A DNA stretch of 16,128 nucleotides from Candidatus Thorarchaeota archaeon (GCA_048884785.1 JBHLQM010000027.1:1-16128); one strand, 5' to 3'; shown: positions 1-9,185, numbered from the stretch's first letter. The notes: generated by a model not told the origin, from the letters alone. Made by a program: numbers and translations.

Positions 1-2
1 TA

Positions 3-503
3 AGTCACTCTTTCGACAATCCTGAGGTCATAGATTTCACACAATCAGTCATAGAAACTTGGATGCCTTCGAAAAAACCAATCCTATTTGTTCCTTGTTC
101 GAAGCACAAGCCAATTCAAGAATCGCTGAGCCACAAACAGATGTTTCATCGTTTTCGAGATAAGCTCGATTTGCTAATCTTATCAGAACCTCTAACAATA
201 ATCCCCTATGACAGATTCGATTACCCTGATTATGATTATCCTCCCTACGCACTTTGGAGAATTGAAGGAGAATCTGACAAATTCAAGGACCGACTAACTA
301 CATTTCTTGAGATAAAGAAACTGAATAACTATTATTGCTTCTTCTTTACTCCCCACCATCATCTTATGGTCCTATGGCCAGCTTGGAAGAGGGCTTTTGG
401 TGACATTTCGGGGCTTCGTGGGTATTCATATACTCAAGCAACGAGATGGTTCTTTCTTCAGAAACTGGAACAGGATTTGTCAGGGTTCTATGATGGAGTG
501 TAG
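3..503 (+). CDS. DUF5591/archaeosine synthase (ArcS)-like domain protein, 5'-truncated by the window edge
   Basis: The frame is open from base 3 ([22 protein letters not shown]...). Motifs SFx[17 protein letters not shown] and SEPL..IP....YP.YDYPP resemble the ArcS/TgtA2 'PCS.KPYS.S.SH' domain. The stop overlaps the atpB 3' end. Confidence 0.6.
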   Translation, partial: SHSFDNPEVIDFTQSVIETWMPSKKPILFVPCSKHKPIQESLSHKQMFHRFRDKLDLLILSEPLTIIPYDRFDYPDYDYPPYALWRIEGESDKFKDRLTTFLEIKKLNNYYCFFFTPHHHLMVLWPAWKRAFGDISGLRGYSYTQATRWFFLQKLEQDLSGFYDGV

Positions 504-1888
504 GCTCGACGTTCCTTGGCCCAAGATATGGTCTCTGGATCGCATCTCTTCAATTCTCTCTCTGGAAACTCACTTAGAAGATTCCAACCAATATCGAGAG
601 TCTGTTCAAAGGACCTGTCCTCATACTCACCTTGGCCTATGAATTCCTCTTCAAATCGATCTGCAAATTTCAGATATTTTTGATCACGATCAGTTAGAGC
701 CTCAGAACCAACTACAGCAACCAGGTCACGTAAATCACGACCCTCAGAGTATGCATAGTATAGCTGTGCTTGGACCTCCTTGTGATCGAAGCGAGTCATT
801 CCTTCACCAATTCCCTCTTTCATCAGTCTGCTGAGTGACGGACCTGGATCAATTGGGGGATAGATACCTCTTCTGTGGAGGCCTCTTCCTACAATGGTCT
901 GACCCTCGGTGATATAGCCAGACAGGTCAGGAATTGGATGAGTCATGTCATCTTGGGGCATAGAGAGAATTGGCATCTGAGTGATAGTTCCCTTTCTACC
1001 ATTTATACGACCTGCACGCTCGTAGATGAGGCTTAGGTCAGTGTATAGGTAGCCAGGATACCCACGCCTGCCTGGAATCTCTGAACGAGCCGCACTGATT
1101 TCTCGCAGTGCCTCGGCGTAGTTTGTCATGTCAGTAAGAATGACCAAGACGTGCATATCTGATTCATATGCAAGATATTCCGCCGCAGTGAGAGCGGCTC
1201 TTGGTGTGATAATTCGCTCAATTGCAGGGTCATTGGCAAGGTTAAGGAAGAGTGTGGTATGCTCAAGTGCACCTGTTTCTTCAAAGGAATTGATAAAGTA
1301 TTGAGCTTCAGTGGCTGTAATGCCCATAGCGCCGAACACAATGGCAAAATCACCTTCCTCACCGGGGATTTTTGCCTGACGTACAATCTGGGCTGCAATT
1401 CTATTGTGCGGAAGTCCAGAACCTGAGAATATTGGCAACTTCTGTCCACGTACAAGCGTATTCAGACCATCAATAACAGATAACCCCGTCTGAATGGGTT
1501 GCCTAGGATACTGCCGTGCATAGGGATTTATCGGTGAGCCATAAATGTCCCAGTGATCTTCGGCTGTTAGCTGAGGACCTTTGTCAAGCGGATTTCCTGC
1601 ACCGTCTAGTACTCTACCAAGAATCTCTGTTGACACAGGAAGCTTCATTGTCTCGCCTGTAAAGCGAACTGCGGTCACATCGGAATCCAGTCCACTTGTT
1701 CCTTCAAAGACCTGAATGACTGCGCGACCACGACCTGTCTCTAAGACAGTACCGGTGAGTAGGTCACCATTTGGTGCCCTGATCTTGACGACCTCATTGT
1801 ATGATACGTTGTGTGTGCAATCCACAATCAGAAGTGGACCACTTACATCTGATACAGTTCTATAGACGATGGAGGACTCGTTTGCCAT
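488..1888 (-). CDS. atpB: A/V-type ATP synthase subunit B
   Basis: 466 aa with motifs [67 protein letters not shown]. Confidence 0.98.
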   Translation of the reverse strand: MANESSIVYRTVSDVSGPLLIVDCTHNVSYNEVVKIRAPNGDLLTGTVLETGRGRAVIQVFEGTSGLDSDVTAVRFTGETMKLPVSTEILGRVLDGAGNPLDKGPQLTAEDHWDIYGSPINPYARQYPRQPIQTGLSVIDGLNTLVRGQKLPIFSGSGLPHNRIAAQIVRQAKIPGEEGDFAIVFGAMGITATEAQYFINSFEETGALEHTTLFLNLANDPAIERIITPRAALTAAEYLAYESDMHVLVILTDMTNYAEALREISAARSEIPGRRGYPGYLYTDLSLIYERAGRINGRKGTITQMPILSMPQDDMTHPIPDLSGYITEGQTIVGRGLHRRGIYPPIDPGPSLSRLMKEGIGEGMTRFDHKEVQAQLYYAYSEGRDLRDLVAVVGSEALTDRDQKYLKFADRFEEEFIGQGEYEDRSFEQTLDIGWNLLSEFPERELKRCDPETISWAKERRAYTPS

Positions 1889-1945
1889 TGATTAACCCGC
1901 CTTAGTTTCTACTAAACCGATAGCGGCGCCTTAATGGTACACCAG

Positions 1946-1961
1946 TTTTAAGAGTTGCGAA
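1946..1961 (-). promoter_or_regulatory. Putative BRE-TATA promoter for atpB (TTCGCAACTCTTAAAA)
   Basis: Purine-containing BRE-like CGCAA followed by TTAAAA, about 60 nt upstream of the atpB ATG. The first 13 nt are identical to the element upstream of rpl35ae. Confidence 0.6.
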
Positions 1962-1976
1962 GTGTAATGTTGAACT

Positions 1977-2489
1977 TCAAATCCAAGGAGCGATATGCAA
2001 AAACGCGAGTATAGGAGCAAAAATCAGCGCTCGCACAACGAGCGAGTGACCGCGTGACTTTAGGTCTCCAGAAGTGGGATTAAAGTAGAGTATTGCACCA
2101 ACAAGCACACAGACCGCAGCCACAATATCTCCTATTGCAATAAGAAGTGCAACCAACTGACTTTCATACAATCCAAAGACACCATACCAAGTGGCTGTTG
2201 CGTTGTCAAATGAGAGCATTCCGAGTCCGGCTGCTGAAGCAAGAAAGTTGGCAAACATGGGACCAACAAAGTATATTCCAATTCCCGTAACCACAAGCCC
2301 CTTTGCAAATCCATCACTCAGACCTGTAGTGTATACCATGAATCCGATAAGGATGAACAATAGGTATCCGTTGACTGAAACGGCATAGAGTAGATTCAAT
2401 ATTGTTTCAATTACTCCAAGCCATTCAGGAAGTGGTGTGACCTCAAAGGGTGTCTGTAATAACAAGGCAAAGACGCTATTGAAAGCCAT
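1977..2489 (-). CDS. Membrane protein with two tandem VirB2/TrbC-pilin-like hydrophobic hairpin repeats
   Basis: About four hydrophobic helices. Internal repeat FILIGFMVY..GFAKGLVVTGI vs CVLVGAILYF..KSRGHSLVVRALI. GAGG SD precedes ATG 2489 (alternative GTG 2498). TTATAT TATA-like box near 2522-2527. Confidence 0.55.
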   Translation of the reverse strand: MAFNSVFALLLQTPFEVTPLPEWLGVIETILNLLYAVSVNGYLLFILIGFMVYTTGLSDGFAKGLVVTGIGIYFVGPMFANFLASAAGLGMLSFDNATATWYGVFGLYESQLVALLIAIGDIVAAVCVLVGAILYFNPTSGDLKSRGHSLVVRALIFAPILAFLHIAPWI

Positions 2490-2534
2490 TGGCCTCACAT
2501 AATATCAGTTTGTGACTGGTAATATAACCGCCAC

Positions 2535-3095
2535 TTATGCCAGTTCTTTCCTTAGTTTTTCGAAGTCTTTCCGCATTACCTCTTTCAGTTCAGGATTTCT
2601 AAGAGCTGCAGCGGGATGGTAGGTCATGAAGAATTTCTGTCCGTTTGCCTCATAGAACCTTCCATGAGCCTCATCAAGCTTCCATGGACCTATCAAATTA
2701 GAAATTGCGACTCCGCCTACTAATACGATTACCTTTGGGTTGATAACCGCAATCTGACGTTCAAGGTATGGTTTACAGGCCGTGACCTCTGACTTGTGTG
2801 GAGTTCGATTATTGGGAGGACGGGATTTCAGTATTGAAGTGATGAATACCTCATTTTCTGTGAGGCCTATTTCTGCAATCAGATTTCTCAGAAAGTTACC
2901 CGATCTACCGACGAAGGGACGTCCTGTGGCGTCTTCGCTTGCACCGGGTGCCTCACCGATGAACATCACCTTTGCATTCACAGGCCCTTCTCCTGGCACA
3001 GCATTCAAACGAGTTTCATGTAGCCCGCATTTGGTACATGCCGCAATCTCATTGTGAATTTCCTTGAGGATCTTTTCTGGATTCATCTTCAACAT
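2535..3095 (-). CDS. udg: Uracil-DNA glycosylase, family 4
   Basis: Motifs CxxC (CTKC), VPGEG, GEAPGxxED, PFVGRSG, RPPNNRTP and motif B YHPAAALR. The true start may be ATG 3086. Confidence 0.93.
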   Translation of the reverse strand: MLKMNPEKILKEIHNEIAACTKCGLHETRLNAVPGEGPVNAKVMFIGEAPGASEDATGRPFVGRSGNFLRNLIAEIGLTENEVFITSILKSRPPNNRTPHKSEVTACKPYLERQIAVINPKVIVLVGGVAISNLIGPWKLDEAHGRFYEANGQKFFMTYHPAAALRNPELKEVMRKDFEKLRKELA

Positions 3096-3106
3096 GTGTT
3101 GAACAT
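3085..3106. promoter_or_regulatory. Near-perfect palindrome over the udg start, candidate operator
   Basis: ATcTTCAACA-TG-TGTTGAAcAT, just downstream of a minus-strand TTTTTATTT TATA-like box (3111-3119). Confidence 0.4.
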
Positions 3107-3151
3107 CCCCAAATAAAAACCACTTCAGTAGATTAGTGGCTTGTTTTAGTA

Positions 3152-4954
3152 CTAAACAGAGGGGGCAACAACACCGCTCTCTGAGAGTTCCTTGTATAAA
3201 GCTTCGAACTCTCGATTCATCTTGTCTTCCAGTGCATCCATTGATTTATCATAACTGTCCCATGGGGCAAGCTTCATTCTCGCAATATTGTCAAGAACAC
3301 TGAATTCTAGGATTCTACGAACACTGACACCTAGAGAAACAGCCTCAGCCATCTTGCGCGAGAAGTTGATGATAATCCTCAGCATGCGGTATGTCTTTCC
3401 AAGAGGTGAATATGTATCAATCTCATGAATAGCACTCTGTGTCAGGAAGTCCTCCTTTATCATTCGAGCAGCTTCCAAGGTTGCACGCTCTGATTCAGGA
3501 AGTGCATCAGGTCCAACTAGCTGCACAATCTCACGAAGCTCCTGGTCCTTCTGCATCAATGCCATAGCCTCCTTTACTAGTTGAGGCCAATCTTCACCCA
3601 GATTCTCTTTGTGCCACTTATCCAGTGTTGTGTGATAGAGCGAGTAGCTTGTGAGGGCATTGATTGCAGGGAAGAAGCGTCTTGCTGCAAGATCCTTATC
3701 CAGCGCCCAGAAGACCTTAACGATACGAAGAGTAGCTTGGGTAACTGGCTCTGAGAAGTCACCACCAGGTGGCGATACTGCACCACAAATAGTAATCGAT
3801 CCGGCGCGATCCTCTTTACCAAGAGTCTTCACTCGGCCACCACGTTCATAGAATTGTGCCAGTCTTGATCCGAGGTACGCAGGGTATCCTTCTTCCGATG
3901 GCAGCTGACCTAGCCTACCGGATATCTCACGAAGTGCCTCAGCCCAGCGTGATGTGGAGTCTGCCATGAGTGCAACATCAAAACCTTGGTCACGGAAATA
4001 CTCGGCCAATGTTACTGCGACATAAATCGAGGCTTCACGTGCTGCTACAGGCATGTTTGATGTGTTGGCAATAAGAACAGTACGTTCCATTAGTGGCCTG
4101 CCGCTTTGAGGATCATTAAGGTGTGGCCACTCTTCAAGCGCCTCAGTCATCTCATTACCACGTTCACCACACCCCACATAAACAACGACTTGTGCATCCG
4201 CCCATTTAGCGAATTGATGAAGTGTCACTGTCTTTCCGGTACCGAATCCTCCAGGAATCGCTCCTGTTCCACCCTTTGCCTGAGGCATAAATGTATCAAT
4301 AACTCGCTGACCAGTGATAAGAGGTATTGCAAGGGGGACTCGTTCCTTAAATTGACGGCCAATTCTGACAGGAGTCTTTTGCATCATGATAACATCATGA
4401 ATGTCGCCATGTTCGTCCTTCACCTTGCATATTGTTTCGACAACTGTGTACTCTCCCTTTGAAACAATCTCTACAATCTCGCCCTTTACTCCGCGAGGAA
4501 TCATGATTCTTGAGGTAATGATTCCAGTTTCGGGGACTTCACCAATGAAGTCACCAGGTTCAACATGATCCCCCACCTTAACTGTTGGTCTGAATTCCCA
4601 CTTCTTGTTCCTATCAAGCCCTTCAATATAGAGACCACGAGTAATGAAATCACCCGAAAGCTCCTTCAAACCAGGCAAAGGTCTTTGAATTCCATCATAG
4701 ATTGATCCAAGCAATCCGGGACCAAGCTCAACTGAGAGGGCATCACCTGTTGCAACGACAGGCTCACCTGGCGCAAGGCCAGATGTTTCTTCATAGACCT
4801 GAGCAGTGAATTCCTTATCACTGACTTCGATAACCTCTCCGATTAGCCGTTCGTTTCCAACTCTGACAACCTCATACATACGTACTCCAGTAATGCCAGA
4901 GCATATAACGACGGGGCCCGCGATGCTCTCGATTTTGCCAACTTCTTCAGTCAT
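3152..4954 (-). CDS. atpA: A/V-type ATP synthase catalytic subunit A
   Basis: 600 aa with Walker A GGFGTGKT, YVGCGERGNEM, NTSNMPVAAREAS, MADSTSRWAEALRE, GAVSPPGGDFSEPVTQ. No intein. Confidence 0.98.
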   Translation of the reverse strand: MTEEVGKIESIAGPVVICSGITGVRMYEVVRVGNERLIGEVIEVSDKEFTAQVYEETSGLAPGEPVVATGDALSVELGPGLLGSIYDGIQRPLPGLKELSGDFITRGLYIEGLDRNKKWEFRPTVKVGDHVEPGDFIGEVPETGIITSRIMIPRGVKGEIVEIVSKGEYTVVETICKVKDEHGDIHDVIMMQKTPVRIGRQFKERVPLAIPLITGQRVIDTFMPQAKGGTGAIPGGFGTGKTVTLHQFAKWADAQVVVYVGCGERGNEMTEALEEWPHLNDPQSGRPLMERTVLIANTSNMPVAAREASIYVAVTLAEYFRDQGFDVALMADSTSRWAEALREISGRLGQLPSEEGYPAYLGSRLAQFYERGGRVKTLGKEDRAGSITICGAVSPPGGDFSEPVTQATLRIVKVFWALDKDLAARRFFPAINALTSYSLYHTTLDKWHKENLGEDWPQLVKEAMALMQKDQELREIVQLVGPDALPESERATLEAARMIKEDFLTQSAIHEIDTYSPLGKTYRMLRIIINFSRKMAEAVSLGVSVRRILEFSVLDNIARMKLAPWDSYDKSMDALEDKMNREFEALYKELSESGVVAPSV

Positions 4955-4983
4955 TAATAGGTATCTCCTTGTATCATATGGGA

Positions 4984-5307
4984 TTACATGTTTATCTCAA
5001 TGCCAACAGCTCGGCGAATCAGTTCCCTGAGAACCGATTCATATGCACCAGTCGACCCCTGCCTATCAGGAACCAGAAGAATTACAGGTACAGGCGCTTC
5101 TGACAGCTCCATGATGGTGTCTTCGACTTGTGTTGCAAGTGGTTCTGTGATAATAATCAAGCCCATCTCTGAATCTCTGAAGTATCTGAGTAGAGCTTTC
5201 CTGGTTTCTTCAGGTGTTTCTGGAATGTAACTCTCTCGAACACCAACCATACGGAAGCCAGTGACTGTATCACGGTCTCCGATGATAGCTATCTTGTCAC
5301 TGACCAT
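4984..5307 (-). CDS. atpF: A/V-type ATP synthase subunit F
   Basis: KIAIIGDRDTVTGFRMVGV N-terminus and LRELIRRAVGI C-terminus; directly upstream of subunit A. Confidence 0.95.
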   Translation of the reverse strand: MVSDKIAIIGDRDTVTGFRMVGVRESYIPETPEETRKALLRYFRDSEMGLIIITEPLATQVEDTIMELSEAPVPVILLVPDRQGSTGAYESVLRELIRRAVGIEINM

Positions 5308-5382
5308 AGAATCACGAAAAAAGCGAATCCACGTACTGCTAAAAAGGATTTGGAAATTGACTTTTGAATAGATGTTAATCGA

Positions 5383-5865
5383 TTATCGAGTAAATTGCGC
5401 GATAATATCTTCTTCTTCGATATGAGTCCAACAATATGTACACTTCAGTTTCATTGGTGATTTTGTGAGAACCTCATATTTGGGTTGTATCGGTTCCCTC
5501 TCTTTATTGGTCACACATCTCGAGTTGGGACATACTATTACGTTGGTTATTTTCTGGGGCAGTTCGACTCTTGTCTTGTCTTCGACCTTATAATCGCGAA
5601 TCGTGTTGATGGTTGCATCTGGGGCCACTAATGCGATCTTTGCAACCTCATTTGATTTCAGGAACCGATCTTCCAGTTTTACGATGTCTTTGGTTGTAAT
5701 TCGTGAGCTAGAGATATTCATAGCGATGGTCACAACGCTCTTCTCATGTCCTGTTATCCCAAGAATCTTCAGAACATCCAAGGCACGGCCCGCGCTGATA
5801 TGATCAATCACTGTGCCATCCTTAATCTTAACAATGCGAATCTTGGATTCCTTCTCGTCTCCCAA
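5383..5865 (-). CDS. pyrI: Aspartate carbamoyltransferase regulatory chain
   Basis: IKDGTVIDHISAG, KDIVKLE, APDATINTI and Zn ligands CPNSRC...CTYC. TTG start after an AGGTG SD. Confidence 0.96.
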   Translation of the reverse strand: MGDEKESKIRIVKIKDGTVIDHISAGRALDVLKILGITGHEKSVVTIAMNISSSRITTKDIVKLEDRFLKSNEVAKIALVAPDATINTIRDYKVEDKTRVELPQKITNVIVCPNSRCVTNKEREPIQPKYEVLTKSPMKLKCTYCWTHIEEEDIIAQFTR

Positions 5866-6006
5866 TAATGAACACCTCTTCTGATGTTTATCGAGTTACA
5901 CTTGGTTTTAGACCTTCCCATAGATTGCATCTGCTTGAGATTAGAGAAAGGCGAAGGTTGATATGCACTCCTTTCTGAACGCCTTCAGACAATATGGTGA
6001 GAAGAA

Positions 6007-7353
6007 GTGGTCCTAGAAGGCTTAGGTAAATCCCTGAACTCGGCACTAAAGAAACTGTTTGGTGCTAGTGTCTTTGATGAGGAGCTAGTGAAAGAGCTTG
6101 TCAAAGACATTCAAAGAGCACTGCTTGTGGCAGATGTTGATGTAAACCTTGTAATGGCAATCACAAAGAGAGTTCAAGAAAAGGCGTTAGATGAGAATCT
6201 GCCTCGTGGAGTTTCACGGCGCGAACACATCATTAAGGTAGTATGGGATACCCTGGCATTCTTCCTAGGAGAGAAGGCAATTCCTCTTCAGATTAACCCT
6301 GGCAAGCCCAATCTCGTGATGATGATTGGAATTCAAGGCTCAGGAAAAACAACTACTATCGGAAAACTCGCAAGGTATTATCAGAAGCGCGGCATCAAGA
6401 CCGGTGTAATCTGTGCCGATAATTTTCGGCCAGGAGCGTACAGTCAGCTGAAGCAACTCGCCGAAAGGTCGAATGTGCCATTCTGGGGCGATGAGGGGGA
6501 AAATGACGCTGTCAAACTCGCAAAGAATGGCTTCAAGGTGATGAAAGATAAAGGCATAGAACTGATTCTTCTAGATACCTCTGGTCGGCATCGAGAGGAA
6601 ACAGGACTCATCAAAGAGATGAGAGATATATCAAAAGCTGTCAAACCGCAAGAGATTGTATTGGTCGTTGACGGGACGCTAGGCCAGCAGGCGGGTGTTC
6701 AGGCGGGCGCATTCAAGAATGCCACGGACATTGGATCGATAATCGTCACCAAATTAGATGGCAGCGCAAAGGGTGGAGGGGCGCTTTCTGCAGTTGCCGC
6801 TACAGGTGCTCCAATCAAGTTCATCGGCACCGGTGAAGGAATGGATGCTATTGAATCATTCAACCCAACAAAATTCGCTGGACGCCTTCTTGGGATGTCT
6901 GATATCCGGGGTCTTATTGACAAGGTGAGAGAAGCCCAGATTGAGATAGATGAAGATGCAACTATGCGTATTATGAAGGGAAAATTTACACTCACAGACA
7001 TGATGGCACAGCTGAAGCAGCTCAAAAAGATGGGACCCATTGGAAAAGTCATGGAGATGTTGGGATTGCAGTACAAACTCCCAGACGATATAGCAGAGGT
7101 TCAAGAAGAGAATCTCAAGCGATTTGAGGTCATCATGAATTCCATGACCAAACAAGAGCTTGATGAGCCAAAGCTAATCAAATCTTCTAGAATCAAGAGG
7201 ATTGCGAGAGGCTCAGGGGCTTCTGAGAGGGATGTGAGAGAGCTGCTCAAACAATATGAGAATATGAAGAAAATGATGAAACAAATGGGCAAGTCGCGAA
7301 AACGAGGCGGCAGGGGAGGATTTCCAAATATACCCGGAATGCCTGGTATGTAG
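6007..7353 (+). CDS. srp54: Signal recognition particle 54 kDa protein
   Basis: NG domain with GIQGSGKTTT, DTSGRH, TKLDGSAKGGGALS; Met-rich M domain with SRIKRIARGSG. GTG start after GGTGA. Confidence 0.98.
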   Translation: MVLEGLGKSLNSALKKLFGASVFDEELVKELVKDIQRALLVADVDVNLVMAITKRVQEKALDENLPRGVSRREHIIKVVWDTLAFFLGEKAIPLQINPGKPNLVMMIGIQGSGKTTTIGKLARYYQKRGIKTGVICADNFRPGAYSQLKQLAERSNVPFWGDEGENDAVKLAKNGFKVMKDKGIELILLDTSGRHREETGLIKEMRDISKAVKPQEIVLVVDGTLGQQAGVQAGAFKNATDIGSIIVTKLDGSAKGGGALSAVAATGAPIKFIGTGEGMDAIESFNPTKFAGRLLGMSDIRGLIDKVREAQIEIDEDATMRIMKGKFTLTDMMAQLKQLKKMGPIGKVMEMLGLQYKLPDDIAEVQEENLKRFEVIMNSMTKQELDEPKLIKSSRIKRIARGSGASERDVRELLKQYENMKKMMKQMGKSRKRGGRGGFPNIPGMPGM

Positions 7354-7376
7354 TTCGTATTGATTAGAATAGGTGT

Positions 7377-7949
7377 TTGTACTTGACGCGCAGCTTTTTG
7401 GTGCTGTTTAATGATCTTCCAATTGAGCGGGATAGTGTGAAGAAAGGAGAAAACGGTCCTGAAGTTGTTACCGCGGCGAGATGTGTCAATGTTGGTCTAT
7501 TTCTATCTAATAGTCTGCGCCGAGATGTTGATGTTCATTTAGGCATACTGGAACATTCACAACTGGGGATTATATCATTCCCGGGTGAGAATCTAAAACG
7601 CGTTTCTCCGGATGAACGCTCAATCTCCTTCTTTTTGTTAAAGGCTATTGAGGTCTTAAACGGAATGAAGGAGGATGATGTTAAATCAATGGACAATGGC
7701 ATATGCATACAAAGAATGGCTCTTGACAGGTTCATATCAAGATGGAAAGGTGACCGCGTATTTGTTTCAATAAAACAAGATTACTTGGATCTTGAGGACT
7801 CTAATGGAACTGATGGACTCTACATCTACCAGATTGGTCAAGAGATGCACCCAGACCTCCTGAAATACAGTCAAGTGGGAAGACCTAGAACTCCTGAACG
7901 GTTTATCCTAGACATAAACTTGCGTTCTGATTTGCATATTAGCCTATGA
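7377..7949 (+). CDS. TrmY-like SPOUT protein (tRNA pseudouridine-54 N1-methyltransferase homolog) with divergent C-terminus
   Basis: Motifs RCVN..LFLS..RRDV and SPDERSI typical of TrmY. The SAM-knot motifs are not recognisable. TTG start at 7377 or 7383. Confidence 0.7.
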   Translation: MYLTRSFLVLFNDLPIERDSVKKGENGPEVVTAARCVNVGLFLSNSLRRDVDVHLGILEHSQLGIISFPGENLKRVSPDERSISFFLLKAIEVLNGMKEDDVKSMDNGICIQRMALDRFISRWKGDRVFVSIKQDYLDLEDSNGTDGLYIYQIGQEMHPDLLKYSQVGRPRTPERFILDINLRSDLHISL

Positions 7950-8009
7950 AGAAATCTTCATAATGATGTCGTCATAGAGTAGTAGTAATAATGAAAAAGG
8001 GTGCCTTCT

Positions 8010-9185
8010 GTGCCAACCAACGTAACTCCAGAATTTGACAAGCAAAGGCAGGTCTACGAGGATACAGAAGGCCTTGAACAGAGAATAGTGGAGCTAGAGA
8101 AGCTTCTTTCTCTCGCACCTAAACATAAAGGTGCTGAGCGAATGCGTGCCGACTATCGAAAGAAGCTTGCAACATTGAAAGCTCAATTGGAAAAGGAGAG
8201 GGAACAGAGCAGAGCGCGTCGTACTGGATCAAGTGATGAAGGCGTCATCAGAAAAGAAGGAGCTGGCCAGATTTGTCTAGTGGGAGTGACAAACAGTGGA
8301 AAGTCTACCATTATCAACTCTGTGACAAATGCGGAATTAGAGATTGCTACATATCCATTTACTACAGCACTTCCAACTCCCGCAATGCTTGCTTTTGAGG
8401 ATATCAATATTCAACTGGTTGAGATACCGGGTCTCTTTGAGGGGAGCTATGATTCCAGTATAGGAAGGCAGTCTCTTGGAGTGGTCCGAAATACTGATTG
8501 CATCGCAATTGTAATAGATCTCTCACAGGATATTGAGATGCAGATGAAAGCTATTCTTGGCGAATTGGATCGTGCCAGGATTAGACTGAACCATGAGAAG
8601 TCTGCAGTTAGAATTGAGAGAGTCGGAGTGGGCGGGCTGCAAATCTATGGAAGTCAATACTTTGATGGAACAAAGGAGGACGTGATGGAGTACCTTCGCG
8701 CCCGCAAGATCAGTAATATCATTGTAAGATTTCAGAAACCAGCAACATTCCAGCAGCTTGCAGATGCAATGGATGCAAGTGTGGCATATGTCCGTGCACT
8801 GATTATTGCGTCAAAGGGAGATGCTCCTGGATCGAAAGAGAGGTTCGCTGAACTGGAATCCGATTATGGAGATAGGTTTGATATAGTTCCGGTATCGGCT
8901 CAAAAGAAAGAGAACCTTGATGGAATGAGCTGGGCTTTCTATGATCATCTGGATATTCTAAGAATATACACCAAGATTCCTGGCAGGAAACGAGAAGACA
9001 AACCAATCGTACTACCAGTAGGTTCTGTGATAGAGGATGCAGCTGCCAAAGTACACAAGATACTGTTCGTGGAACGTTTCAAGTTTGCCACTATAATCAG
9101 AGAGAATGACAAAATCAAGCGCCGGCAAGTAGGCCTCAACTACCCTCTAGAAGAGGGGGACATTATTCAATTGGCACATAGATAA
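8010..9185 (+). CDS. OBG-family DRG-type GTPase with C-terminal TGS domain
   Basis: MPTN-type N-terminus (GTG 8010; alternative 8001), PKHKG, G1 GVTNSGKS, G2 YPFTT, G3 EIPG, G4 SKGD, TGS RIYTK.PG...VGLNYPLEEGDII. Confidence 0.92.
   Translation: MPTNVTPEFDKQRQVYEDTEGLEQRIVELEKLLSLAPKHKGAERMRADYRKKLATLKAQLEKEREQSRARRTGSSDEGVIRKEGAGQICLVGVTNSGKSTIINSVTNAELEIATYPFTTALPTPAMLAFEDINIQLVEIPGLFEGSYDSSIGRQSLGVVRNTDCIAIVIDLSQDIEMQMKAILGELDRARIRLNHEKSAVRIERVGVGGLQIYGSQYFDGTKEDVMEYLRARKISNIIVRFQKPATFQQLADAMDASVAYVRALIIASKGDAPGSKERFAELESDYGDRFDIVPVSAQKKENLDGMSWAFYDHLDILRIYTKIPGRKREDKPIVLPVGSVIEDAAAKVHKILFVERFKFATIIRENDKIKRRQVGLNYPLEEGDIIQLAHR

Noticed and set aside
3152-4954. Intein in ATPase subunit A
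   Set aside because: The length is normal (600 aa) and the Walker A region is contiguous.
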